A stretch of DNA of 64,000 nt from Paraspadella gotoi. Its lineage: Eukaryota > Animalia > Chaetognatha. Of this stretch, positions 12,854 to 24,972 are shown one piece after another (positions within the stretch are counted from its first letter, which is position 1; every line of letters starts with the position of its first letter). The stretch lies in the NCBI GenBank assembly GCA_051294375.1, contig CM119263.1, forward strand, positions 6,735,645-6,799,644, given 5' to 3'. The notes beneath the pieces were generated by a model that was given only the letters and a program-made list of their open reading frames with translations, made no database searches and was not told the origin of the DNA. The translations under genes and the position numbers were made by a program.

Positions 12854-13509
12854 TCTGATCGTCGGGTCTAAATCCGTATAAACTAATTGCTTCAAACCAA
12901 ACAAACCACAACCAATATATCCCTCCTCCATGAGTAAAATTACGGACATTGAATGTTATAGTTCATCCACCTCACCTAGAAGTTGAAAACATTGCGTCCA
13001 TTGTGTTAGACCATGTGTGCCATTTATCTTGATTGTGTTGTGAAGTTTTTTGACAATCTTTCATGGTGCCATAATAAAGCAAATATTTTTAAAGTTACTC
13101 CTGAATTTTTAAAAGTACGGCCTTTTTAGTCTAAATTATCTTCTTTCATACTCAAAACAGGTTTTTGAGCGGTTTATTTTTTTTTAAAACGATCGGGCAA
13201 GATCGTGTTAATGTCTAACAATTGTTATTCTTGCAATATTTACCGTTGCATTCTCTCTTTTTTTTCTTGGTCTTCGCCTTGTCTTTTCAGGTAGTCAACG
13301 ATCTAGTCCTATTCCTGATTGTTATTTACATCTGATCAATGTTGTTAAACTTGGATTAATAGATTTTAAATTGATATACCGCTTCGTTTTTGTTTTCATG
13401 ATTTACCATGAGAGTGAAAATAAACTCAGCATTCTACTTTTAGTTTAAATTTAACCGTTCAACATTTGGACTTGTAGAGAGATTTTAAAGATCAAGAAAA
13501 AACGTAATA

Positions 13510-14210
13510 AACAAGTTTGAGCAAACAAGGACGAATCTGCCCACGATCATTAGCGGTAATAAATCAATTAATTAATTCAAGTTAATAATTAATTAGGCAA
13601 TTAAATAATTAATTAATTTGATCCGAAATGTTTGTTCTTAGGTCTTTTCGTCACTGACCACGACAAAAGCAACGACGACGACGACGACAATAATGCCGAT
13701 ATCGATTGACTTGATTGATTGATTGAATAATTAATACATAAATAAATTGATGGATTGAATAATTAATTAATAGATAAATAGATTAATTGATTGAATAATT
13801 AATTGGCTGAATAAATAATAATTGATTAATTAATTGACTACTTGAATAATTAACTGATTAATTATTTGATTAATTAATATATATTGCATTATATATTTAA
13901 TATATTTAATATAAAAGAAAATTAGTGAAACAGGTTTTTTGTTTTTTCATTTAAATTTATTTCCACTTAGACGATTCCATCGAAACTTCATATCCAGCTC
14001 AATCACACACTTCCCTACCCACACAAAATTTCATTCCAATCCATCCATCCAATCACGAGTAATTGGTGTTTTTTGCTAAGGTGGGACATCGTTTTTGTTT
14101 TTGCTTAATTTATCATAATTCGATATTCTGACATGATTTCAGTTAATGCCCGACAAGATTGAGGGGGCGGACCGACGGACCGACGGACCGACAAAGTAAT
14201 TATAGAATCG
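13510..14210 (+). mobile_element. Non-autonomous repeat, possibly Helentron/DINE-1-like; its 5' end recurs at ~15959-16010
   Basis: AACAAGTTTGAGCAAACAA...ATCTGC.C.CGAT occurs twice (13510 and 15959). Internal degenerate (GATT)n tract and (GGACCGAC)n at ~14168-14192. Class assignment is inference. Confidence 0.4.
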
Positions 14211-14459
14211 GAAAAATCTGTTTTCAAGAATGTAATCAGCGAACAACGCATTTTCAGAGGAAAAAACCGGTTAACAACCTACTCAAAGACCGTATACAAA
14301 TTACAAGGCTCATTCATAACAATCAACTAATCAATTTTGGTCGTAAATCAGTGATTTCCTTCTTTACTGATCAAGCAAACTTCAGACAAAAAAAATTGAA
14401 TTTTTAGAGAATATTAGAAAACACAGATTATCTGAACTTCACGAACAGAAGCGTTTAAA

Positions 14460-15796
14460 ATGGATATTAAATATCCATTGGATTTTAATGCTTTTTTAAA
14501 AAATATGTATGCGAAATATTTTGTTCCACGAAAAGACCAGAAGGATGCTGTAATTTTCGAACTTTCCAACTATCAAAAAAAACTGGAAAAATTGGGTAAA
14601 AAAGATATAGCCAATGCTTACAAGGTACTAACGATTTTAAATTTAACTTATTACAGATAAAAATGAACAAGTTCACAAATTCATAGCTCATTAACTGCTT
14701 CTTTTCTGATCAGAAACTGGCTCTTGGTCTTCGGAACATGAATCAACTTTCGGCCTTGCAGCATTTGGAAGCGGCTGAAAAACTGAGCATCGACGCTTTG
14801 AGTACCACCTTGAGCCCTCTCCTTCAGATAAAACTTCTCCAGATCGGTGTAGTCTCTATCGTCACACGTCACGAAATCAGTGGGCTGAATGTAAAAGAAA
14901 CCCGGCAGCTTTGCGCAGCATGGCTGCAACACCTTAACGGAGTCCACACTCGAGCTCTGAGGGAAATAGTCAAACGTCAAATACGTGGATTAACTTTCAG
15001 TGACCTTCTTGGCAGATTTTCAACATGGGCGGCCCATTGGTTGCTTCCTTGCCGACGCGTGAGCCATGAAGAGGTCGAAGAAGCACAGGATTGCTATATT
15101 CTTATTGAACTCGCACGTCTTTGCATAACCGTCTTTCGATACTTTAAGGACGCAGCGGCTTTTCACGACTCCTTCCATCTAGTGATAGCGAGACGACTCG
15201 GCAAGCCGCCTTACGTCGTATCCGTTTCTTTTCTTCTGCTTGACGTCGCCGACGATGTTTTCAAGCGCCAAATTGTCCACCAGGGAAACCCGTGGTTTCA
15301 TCAGCGTCTCTTTCTTTATATGATTGAAACAGTTGAGTTTGCGGTGGAGTCTCTCGGAGATCAAAATGGAAGTCCGTGGAGGACTGACCGACGATGGCAA
15401 ACTAATCGAGACATCCTAAAAGAAGTCAGACGACGAAGGTGAACTTAACAGTTATCAAAATTCAGTAAAAAATAAAAATCTGTTGGTTCAGTAATAAATT
15501 CAAATCTTAATTCAAACCTTGGCAGCAACTCATGACACATGAGAGGTCTTTCTTACAGATTCGTCCCTTGTGTTGTGCTTTCGGACTACCAATCGCCTCC
15601 TTCAGAAACGTGGCCAATTCGAATACGTAAAGGAGACGAAATGGAGTTGATCGCCGTTGGTTATCCCGATGGCACAGTCACAGTCCGTCGATCTGAGGAG
15701 GAATTCGGACACTTCGTAGCCAAAGAATGCCTCAACTATACAGAAGCAGAAAAAACTTTCACACTGATGATGCGGCAAATCATATCAAGAGAATAA
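14460..15796 (+). CDS. Uncharacterised ~375-aa protein with a C-terminal SH3-like domain (3 exons)
   Basis: Exons 14460-14624, 14714-15438 and 15559-15796 join in frame at GT-AG sites. The last exon reads VVLSDYQSPPSETWPIRIRKGDEMELIAVGY...GHFVAKECL (SH3-like pattern). Confidence 0.6.
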
Positions 15797-16496
15797 TTTT
15801 TACACGTTATTTTCTTTGGCTTATTCAATGTGCATGTTCATGCTTAATTATGATTCAATACTTGGTGAAATAGTCCCTTAATTGAGTTCTCTTAAGTTTT
15901 CTTTTATGATTTCTCTTAAGTTTTCTTCTATGTATGTACTAACAATAGCTTATCTAAGAACAAGTTTGAGCAAACAATACCAGATCTGCTCGCGATAATT
16001 CAGCGGAATTAAAAAAAATATTTAAATAAAATCGTTGAGGAAAACAACTCAAACATTTTCTTAATTGATATTGAAAATAATTTTGTTAGAACCCGCCTGT
16101 CGGTCCTCCTCCTAAAACGCCCCCGAAAATATTCTAGGAATATTCCAGGAAACTCCTCCACCCCGGCGAAATGCTTCGGACCTTCGGTAGTCCAGAGATG
16201 ATTCAAAGGCATGATTTGGTGGCTTGAGCAATGAGCAGATCGACGATCAAATAGTCTCTTTAAGATATGTAAGATATGCAAAAATATTAATTATAAATAT
16301 CATTATAAAAATCTTACAAAAGACGGCAATATGAAGCTTAATAATATATTACTATTAATAATAATAATAATAATAAATTGTGCTCGTTTTACTTTTATCG
16401 TTTAGGTTTAGTTTCATTTTCAAGGTTTCAATAGCAAACAAATTTTTTTTCGCGATAAGTGGCTGAGACTGTGAAATATATTATATTATATTGTAT

Positions 16497-16845
16497 TATG
16501 AAATCGGTACAACTAATATAACAATTATCTATTCATTTAATTATTACATTATATTATTATATTATTATATTATGAAGAAACCCCTCCAGTTAGTCAGTTA
16601 GTTATTTAATTATTATATTATATTATTATATTATGAAGAAACCAATATAACAATATAACAATTATCAATTCATTTAATTATTATATTATATTATTATATT
16701 ATGAAGAAACCCCTCCAGTTAATTAGTTAGTTATTTACTATATTATTATATTAATTATTATATTATGAAGAAACCCCTCCGGTTAGTCAATTGGGCCCTG
16801 CTATCTGCTATCTGCATTTCGTCAGATGGTTGTACCAATTTCATA
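16497..16845. mobile_element. MITE with 17-bp terminal inverted repeats and internal tandem repeats
   Basis: TATGAAATCGGTACAAC ... GTTGTACCAATTTCATA (16/17 match); internal repeats of ATTATATTATGAAGAAACCCCTCCAGTTA. A related end occurs near 49492-49535. Confidence 0.65.
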
Positions 16846-17446
16846 TATAGGATACCACCTTGCACTAATGACATTAGTCATAGAACTGAATTAGATTTAG
16901 AATTTAGAATTAGATCCATCAAAAATATTTCGTAGCATTTTGTTATTTCCTTATTTTGAGCGAGTGACATCTACAATTGAAATTTAGCATTAATTACATC
17001 AGAATTGAGCAGAAGTCCGGCAGTAACGCGACGGGACGATGCCGACCGGATCTAGTCTCAAGTGTGACAAGTGAATTAGGCAGGAGTTACCAAATGTCGT
17101 TGAGGTCGTTGCGCTCTGTTCCGCTTTGTCTTGATCGCTGATTAATTGTCGGCTTCACTTTATCGGAGAATGTTCAAGAAAAAGTAAAACTCTTCCAATT
17201 CTTACAACTTACAAGAACCCCCTTCGCTGTAATTTGTGCCCATTACGACGTCATAACAACTCATTGGTCACTAACCCTAATATTTACTGAGAAAAAAAAT
17301 TTGACTTTTGAAAATTTTGTTTGTTTTAGTTTGTTCCATATTGATAGTGGTCTACTATAACTAAATTGTTTTTTCCTTAGAAAAACGAGAACTACATTAC
17401 GTGGTACGCCACTTCCTTAGTTCTGGATTTGTCGAGGCAGCAAAAA

Positions 17447-18436
17447 ATGGCTGCCGATGACATTCCCACTTCCTTCGTGACCCCGCAAAGGTCAATCCTC
17501 ACTATTGGCGACATCGGCAAGTGGGAAAAATCGCGAGGGTATCGCGACATCACCCAGTTCATCGCTGCCCTCAATGTCTCAGTCAAGGGAAAAAAACTAA
17601 CGGACGAATTAGAACTTTCGGAAGACGCAAGAAAACTGCTCGCTCTGCTCGAACATCTCTCGGATCAAGTGGACAAAGTTGAACCCATCGAACAACCTCA
17701 GCGTTTTGGAAACAAGGCTTTTCGAATATGGTACGGCAATTTGCAAGAGTCGGGCGATCAACTCTTACGAAACATGCTGCCTGAAGATCAACACGCATCC
17801 ATCGTGGAGTTGAGCGCATATTTGAAAGAATCGTTCGGAAATAGTACGCGGATCGATTACGGGACGGGACACGAGCTCAATTTCGTCATTTTTCTCTGCT
17901 GCTTATTCAAAATTAGTTTTTTGCTAGAAAAAGACGCCCCCGCCGCCGTATTAAAAGTGAGCGAATCGATTTATCCACTAATCAAACGAATCGGAAATAA
18001 TTTTTTATTCATCATTTCTCAGATCTTCGACTCATACATCCAGCTTTGCCGAAAACTTCAAGAAGTTTACCGCATGGAACCGGCAGGGAGTCACGGAGTT
18101 TGGAGCATCGACGACTATCAGTTTATCCCATTTATTTGGGGCAGTGGACAACTCATAGATCATCCTAAGTTAAAACCGGCGCACTTCGTAGAACCGGACT
18201 ATTTCCAGTCTTTTGCCAAGGATTATATATTTTTTGCGTGTATAAAATACATTTGTCAGATGAAGACTGGGCCCTTCGCCGAACACTCGAATCAGCTGTG
18301 GAATATCAGCGGCGTTGCCGAGTGGACGAAGGTCAATCAGGGACTTATTAAAATGTACAAGGCAGAGACCTTATCCAAGTTTCCTGTTGTTCAGCATTGT
18401 GTGTTTGGAAATTTGTTTTCTATTGAATCTGCTTAG
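17447..18436 (+). CDS. PTPA: Serine/threonine-protein phosphatase 2A activator (PTPA/PPP2R4)
   Basis: QRFGNKAFR, SFGNSTRIDYGTGHE, YRMEPAGSHGVWSIDDYQF, KTGPFAEHSNQLWNIS, KFPVVQH; one 66-nt GT-AG intron at 17957-18022. Confidence 0.97.
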   Translation: MAADDIPTSFVTPQRSILTIGDIGKWEKSRGYRDITQFIAALNVSVKGKKLTDELELSEDARKLLALLEHLSDQVDKVEPIEQPQRFGNKAFRIWYGNLQESGDQLLRNMLPEDQHASIVELSAYLKESFGNSTRIDYGTGHELNFVIFLCCLFKISFLLEKDAPAAVLKVSESIYPLIKRIGNNFLFIISQIFDSYIQLCRKLQEVYRMEPAGSHGVWSIDDYQFIPFIWGSGQLIDHPKLKPAHFVEPDYFQSFAKDYIFFACIKYICQMKTGPFAEHSNQLWNISGVAEWTKVNQGLIKMYKAETLSKFPVVQHCVFGNLFSIESA

Positions 18437-18493
18437 TATTTCTATTTTACGCTTCTCATTTTCGTCTAGAGATCGTCTTTTGACGTTTAAAAG

Positions 18494-20747
18494 ATGGCCG
18501 CCAGTAAAACTGCGTTGCGGACTTGTATTAATACACTGCAACAAAACTTTATTCAGTTGCAAAGCCGAACAGCGTCGACACTCATACATGGACCATTGAC
18601 ATTCCACAAACATAGGTAACGATCACCTTTTATAATTAAGTGATTAGGTAATTAATTGAAATTTAATTAGAAAGAATGTTTTGAAAAATTCACCAAAGTA
18701 CTTAACTCGTTCTTTGTTGGTGAACACCAAAAATAATTTTTTAAACATTTATTGGTTTAGACCAATTATTAATTCTCAACCCGCGCGATTCCTAAACCTC
18801 CAAGAATATCAGAGCAAGAAATTGATGCAGGATGCCGGAGTAAATGTCCAGCGATTTAAGATGGCCGAAAACGACGATCAGGTTTATATATTTATATATA
18901 TATTGTTTTAAATATTGCTGAGAATAGAATGATCATTGTACCGTGTTGTGTTGTTAGGGTAAGGAGGCTGGCCATTGGCTCATGGGGTCCGTCGCAAAAG
19001 AACTCGTGATTAAGGCGCAAATTTTGGCGGGCGGCCGCGGAAAAGGCGTCTTCGACAACGGCTTCAAAGGAGGCGTTCACTTGACGAAAGCCCCAACGGA
19101 AGCCGGACAACTGGTAGGAAAGATGATCGGGCGAAACCTCGTCACCAAACAAACCGGGCCTGGAGGCGTTAAAGTGAAAAAAGTCATGGTAGCCGAGGCT
19201 CTCGACATCGCCAGGTTCTGATTTTCTACTATACCCGAGGTTTAATTGTTAGATTGTGGCGAATCCTAAATTCGCCTCCCGTATAGCTTGGTGAAACTCA
19301 GCTCGTCCCATTGGCTTGGACAGCTAAGTACTCGTTCACCAACCGTGAGTTCCAGGTTCAATCCCCTCACGGTCACGCTGGTTAAAGTGTGATGGTGTCG
19401 GCATAAACACGCCAGTGACATGGGGTGGTCACCGCAGGTCCAAAGCCCTGAGCGCCAGCTGTCGGGAGATGCCTCTCACCCCAGGCATCACACATGTCCC
19501 TCCTTGCCATAAAATCTTTTTTTTTGTAAATCTGAAACTTGACTATGTAATTACAAAATTCGCAGGGAAACGTATTTCGCGTTAGTTATGGACCGTGATC
19601 ACAATGGTCCTGTGATGATCGGTTCTCCGATGGGTGGAATGGACATCGAGGAAGTCGCAGAGAAAAACCCAGAAGCGCTCAGAGCTGACGCTGTGGATAT
19701 TATGAGAGGTAATTTACTTTTCCCTGAAGGTTTAATGATTTAATGATTTAACATTATACTAATAACTATGTAGTAAAAAATGTTTTTTATAGGGGTTACC
19801 GACGCACAGGCCAAGAGTATGGCAGAGTTCTTACAGTTTAAAGGTCCCCTGGTGGATGAAGCCGCGACCCAAATAAAGCGCCTCTACAAGTAAATTGCTT
19901 TAGAAAGAAAAACTTTTTTTTCCGCATTCCTTGTAGCATCATTCGTTTGCAGTCTTCTGATCCAAGTGGACGCGACGCTGTTGGAGGTCAACCCTTTTGG
20001 CGAAACGGACGACGGCCGTGTCGTCTGCTTCGACGCCAAGATAAACTTCGACGACAACGCCTCCTACCGTCAAAAATATATTTTTGCCCTCGACGACATG
20101 GCGGAAAGCGACCCGCGCGAAGTAAATTAATTCCGTTTCTCTCCTATTTAGATGGAGCCACAATACTATTTTATTCTTCAGATTCAAGCCGCGAAGCACG
20201 ATTTAAACTATATCGCGATGGACGGGAACATCGCTTGTCTCGTCAATGGTGCCGGTCTGGCGATGGCCACCATGGACATCATTCAATTGTACGGGGGAAT
20301 GCCCGCCAACTTCCTCGACGTGGGAGGAGGAGTCACCGAAGCGAAGGTCACTTGACTGAAGATAAGTAAGAAAACTTCATTAACGCCGTGTTTCTTGTGA
20401 TTAGGTGAAGGAGGCGTTCAACCTCTTGTTGGCAGATAAACAAGTCGAATCGGTTCTAGTCAACATTTTCGGTGGAATCGTCAATTGCGCCACGATCGCA
20501 AACGGAATCACCGCAGCTGCTAAGAGCATCAATCTCAAAGTGCCTTTAGTTGTCCGGTTGGAAGGTTAGACATGGTGTTACCTTACTGACTTCTAATTCA
20601 GTAATTCACATGACGTCCGAATTCTAACGTTTCATAGGAACTAACGTGGACGAAGCTAAGAGAATCATGGCAGAGAGCGGGCTTCCGATTATATCGGCCT
20701 CCGACTTGGATGACGCTGCTAAAAAGGCCGTCGCCAGTTTGAAGTGA
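18494..20747 (+). CDS. SUCLG2: Succinate-CoA ligase GDP-forming beta subunit, mitochondrial
   Basis: Presequence exon [10 protein letters not shown]... (18494-18615); [67 protein letters not shown] (GDP-type), VRLEGTNV; TGA at 20745-20747. Confidence 0.95.
19255..19511 (+). mobile_element. Family B solo-LTR-like element with Pol III B box and twister ribozyme (copy B1), in a SUCLG2 intron
   Basis: Near-identical to 50288-50523, plus 21 nt between CAGCT repeats. Ends TGTGGCG...TGCCATA; flanks AGAT/AAAT (3/4 match); GGTTCAATCCC at 19355-19365. Confidence 0.85.
19377..19459 (+). ncRNA. Type-P5 twister ribozyme (predicted; best match to consensus)
   Basis: GCTGG-TTAAA-GTGT-GA-TGG-TGTCGGCA-TAA-ACAC-GCC-AGTGAC..GTCACC-G-CAG-GT-CCA-AA-GC-C-CTG-AGCG-CCAGC. 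P2 ACAC/GTGT, T1 CCA:TGG, T2 GC:GC, P4 CAG/CTG, P5 GCTGG/CCAGC. Predicted cut between U19404 and A19405. Confidence 0.85.
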
Positions 20748-21150
20748 TGATTGGGTAATTCGCAATTTTGCTCTGGTTCTAAATTTAGTCATCTTTTTTC
20801 CCCAGCTTGGGTCACGTCTTGATCCGTTAAAATTTTTGTTAGTTATTTAGTAGCGAATTACTTGTTTGTCTTTAAGTTTTGTTAAATCGTGACATGACAT
20901 GTAAATGTTAAGTTTTATTCTTAATAAGCTAATTGTTTTCGCTTTTCACATGTTTAAAAACTGTGGCAAACGAATATCTCAGTTCAGATGATTATCACTT
21001 TCAAATTGTAGACAATTACACAACCGTTCACATACAGCTAGTTTGATCCTTTTACACGAAATAAATACTGACTAGACTGACTGTTATGAAATGAATATTT
21101 ATTAAAGAATCATTTATTTTCTTTTTAAAGAGGAATTTTTCGGTTATACT

Positions 21151-22903
21151 TCATTCGTTTGTCCACTCGATAAACTCATCATCTTCCGAAAGAGGCAAAA
21201 AGTTCTCTCGATGAAATTCCTCGATTCTTTCTCTTGAATGTTCTCTCATTCCACTTTTCGCGGTTTGTAGGTCGGAAAGAGGCCCGTAGTATTGTGACTC
21301 TTTGGGCGTCGCTGGTGCGTTGCGATATAAAATAATCTTTGAATTTTTTGAATCTTCCTCCTTTGGGAGCGCGATCCCAACGTCCGGCATCTGTCCGCTC
21401 CCTTCTTCATCATCGAACCAGGAGTTAGATGCCGCCTCCTCAAGCTTGTGAGAAATCGTTTTAGTTGGTACTGAGATTGAATAGGTAGAGTAGCCAGTCG
21501 CCATTCTTACTCTATTTCGCTTTCTGGAAGAACTCCCCTTTGGAAACGATTGGGTCGCTGCGTCCCCTTTGCTATATGCAGGACAGAATCCCGATTGTAC
21601 GTTAAAACGTCCGTGTAGGCAAAGAGGCATCGCGCATCGGCCATCCTTGATGCATCGCAATTCTTCTTCCTCCAGCGTCTGTTTTCCCTTTGCGACTCGG
21701 GCGCAACGACGTCGGCCCTCATGCCGGCGACGACATTTGCACGTGCATTCGTTGTTCGCTGTTTTCGACATCTGCATGGACGGCTTAGGGCATTCGAGTC
21801 GAGAGCATCTGTCACTTTCGCTTTTCTTCCATCGGCAGGCGCATTTCGTGTGATTGAGAAAGACGAACGTTTCCAACAGTTGTCGGTTCCGCTTTGAGTT
21901 TATCCTCACGTGAGAATCGTGTTCGAAGGCGAAGAAGGTACGAGTTATCTCTGACACTTCTGCCGGCGCACATTCTTGATCGCGATGTGAACAACACGAT
22001 TTTCTGAAAGGAAAATAGTTACGGTCGATTATTCGAAAAACAAAGCTCCACCGACGACAGTCAAACCTGTTGCACCGGTGAACGATCGTGCATGATGGGG
22101 CGTAGACACGATTGGTTCGCCGTATTGGAATCTGCGTCACAGTCGGAATTGATTTGCATCGAATTCCGTCTTGAACTTGTTCAAAATGAGCCTCGGCTTC
22201 CATCAATCGTTTCGCGTGTTCGTCAGTTGGCGGATCCGAGAGAAACAGTTCCTTTCCTTCGTCAAGTGTTCCCCGTTGGCGTTCCCCAGTCGGCGCTCCC
22301 CAAGAGCTTTGCGATTCGGGTGTTCTCGAAACGTCTGTTATAGGTTCGTTTTTCGGAAACTCCTGCAAATACGTTGTGTAAATAAGATTCACGTAGTACA
22401 GTTTCGTCCATTCGCTGCGAAAATTTTTACCTTGAAAGCTGAGAGATGAATAAGTTGCAAAAACGACTTATAACTGGTGGCTTTTGTCACAGCTTGAAAA
22501 AATTTGTTCATAGTAACTATAAAAACCGAAGATTTGGAGTCCTTTTCTTTATTTTTTGCTTTCTCTTTTTTCGTATGAAACTTTAAATACCAGTTTAAAA
22601 AGTCTGTTTTGTATTTGAGGACTTCGTTTGTTTCAAGGAGTTCCTTAAATTAAAAAAAAAGTTTTTTAAAACTAAACCTGTTGTACAATGGATGCGAGAA
22701 ATAAATTCTGAATGAAATGTTTTTACTTTTTATATTTTTTGTGTATAAATGTGAACCGAATTTTGTTTATATTTACTACATAATAGCTGTACGGTTGATT
22801 AAAATAGATGAGGTTTACTCACTTTTTTGTCGTTTTTATCTGTAAAACCTAACCATATCGATCCCATAAAGATCAATGTAAATGCACAAATTTTTTCTTT
22901 CAT
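21151..22903 (-). CDS. PDGF/VEGF-related growth factor (PVF)
   Basis: Cystine-knot motif C...YAPSCTIVHRCNR|KSCC....ECAP...FLNHTKCAC followed by a Cys-rich tail; 63-nt intron 22004-22066. Candidate signal-peptide exon MKEKICAFTLIFMGSIWLG starts at 22903; the 5' exon chain is tentative. Confidence 0.85.
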
Positions 22904-23573
22904 GGCAACGTTAGTAGCGATTTTTGATGCATCGATAAATAGATGGTTTTTAAGCACGTGGAAGTCATTGTTTAAAATTCGAAAGAGTTCTCTTTACTTC
23001 GTCAGGACGAGACAGAGCCTTTTAGAAAGAGATTGATGGTTAACTCTGGATTTTTTCAATGAAAAGCCGAAGTAGAAATTGTTTTATTACAGGATGGATC
23101 AAGTTACGAATTTACTTCCTTTTAAATTCGAGGGAAATAAAATGGATTTCTGTGCCAAATCGAGTCTTGAAAGACAATATTCAAGTTGTTTAAAATCGAC
23201 GGTTTAATCCATGGCATTTGTCCAATTTTATTCGTGACCAACCATTTGTTGAATCATATTTCTTGCGCTATTATTGGTTGAAAACTGTCATCTACCTTTC
23301 ATTTTGAATTTAAAAGTTGTGTGATTGTAATTGTCTGTCGTAGGGCTCACTTCATTACTTTTTTATAGGACTGCTAACTACGTAATTAACATATTGTACA
23401 TTAAGAGACATTAAGGGCATGTTAATATTTTAATTTGAGGCAATTTTTCATATGTAGAGGCTTAGGAAGCTTCAGATACATTTAAAGTGCACCAAGACAA
23501 TATGAATAATTATAAAACGATTCAATGTAACGATGGAAGCGCTAAATAATTTGGATGCTTCGTTTTCGTTGCA

Positions 23574-24972
23574 TTACATAGTAGGAGTTGTTGGAACTGA
23601 GGCTGACTGAAATTGATCATCAACATCCAGAGAATATGGTCTTCGAGCTCCACCAATATCACCAAAGTTGTGCTCTGATTGTGAAGTACGCATACGGGAG
23701 TATCTTTGGCTTTTGCCTGATTCGAATTCCCAATTAATTTTGTAGTAAAAAAATTTATTTTGCGCATTGTTTTTTTTTCTTAAATGTAAACCAACCTGCT
23801 AATTTGTTATAAGTTGTGTTCATTCTTTCCTGAAATGATTGGAAAGAAGGAGACTTTTTTATCTCGCCAAACTTAGTTTTTACCGAAGTCCCCGCAGTCG
23901 TCAGTGCCACTCCAGTCTTTTGTCCAGCAGATTTCAAAGTAATGCTTGTCTTTTGATAGGCATCAGACTCCTAAATCATGGGAAAATATAACGAGTATTC
24001 CAAGCTTTACTATAATTTTTTTGGCAATTTTAATGAACCTGGATAGTTTTTAAAGTGGTTTGTAGTTCCAAAAGGGGAGTGATACCTAATTGACGTTTCA
24101 GTTCTGAAGAGCGACGAATTTTTACTTGTAATACCTACGTAAAAATTCATACGGTTTTGAAGGCCCAATATGAAAGCTATTTTTCGTATATTTTTACCGA
24201 TTTGTATGACATATGTTATACCTGACGCAATGTTTTAATTTCTTCCTCAATTTTTTCTAGCTCATTTTGCCATTCGATTTTATCTCTCTCCGAGACATGA
24301 AAATTTCCATTTCCATTGATTCTTGCGCTGTTGGATGCTGGTAAATGTTCCGGCATAACGTCCTCTGATTTGTAGAATAATTCGCCATAAATATTTTTAA
24401 ACAAAATATACTGACGTTATTTAAAACCTGTTGATGATGATGTTGACCCAACCATGACTGCAATTCCGCTGTCCGCAGATGGACTAGAAAGGCCTGGAAT
24501 AAAATTAAGTGGGCATCATAACCATTTTACGGTTATGAAAAATATGCTGGAGGTTTGGAATCTCTTGATATTTAGGTATTTTAACTTTAATGTAAAACCA
24601 AAATATGTTTCACCTGGAGGACCGTTGCTTCCAAAAGAGTTTATCTCTCCCAACATTTCTTCGAATGGAGAGACTGGAGAGGACCCGTTATGGGGTCCAA
24701 CATTGATACCTATTACAAACATTACATTTGTTTTGAGTCATACGGAGTAAAAAAAATTATACTTTTTTTCAATTTTTATACTCTTTTGAGTCGCCGTTTT
24801 TTCGCTTGGCCTAGATTCTTGGTTATGCTCTTTATCCTCCTTAGTACGAGAATAGATGATTTCAGGCGAACCAGAGAGCGAGTGAGGATCGTCGTCTTCA
24901 GTTGGTGTGATTTGCAGATAATGTGCATAAGCCTTAGGATCGGTAAGGTCTATTCTCTTGCGGGTATCGTCC
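23574..24972 (-). CDS. TPD52: Tumor protein D52 family protein (5' end uncertain)
   Basis: ELEKIEEEIKTLRQ|VLQVKIRRSSELKRQLGITP, SDAYQKT...SAGQKT, SPSFQSFQERM; last exon ends ...SVPTTPTM* at 23574. Confidence 0.85.

Noticed and set aside
16540-16790. CRISPR-like repeat array
   Set aside because: Eukaryotic context, no unique spacers and no cas genes; it is the tandemly repeated interior of a MITE.
17002-17056. Hairpin followed by CTAGT as a Helitron 3' end
   Set aside because: Stem is weak and no matching 5' end or second copy is visible.
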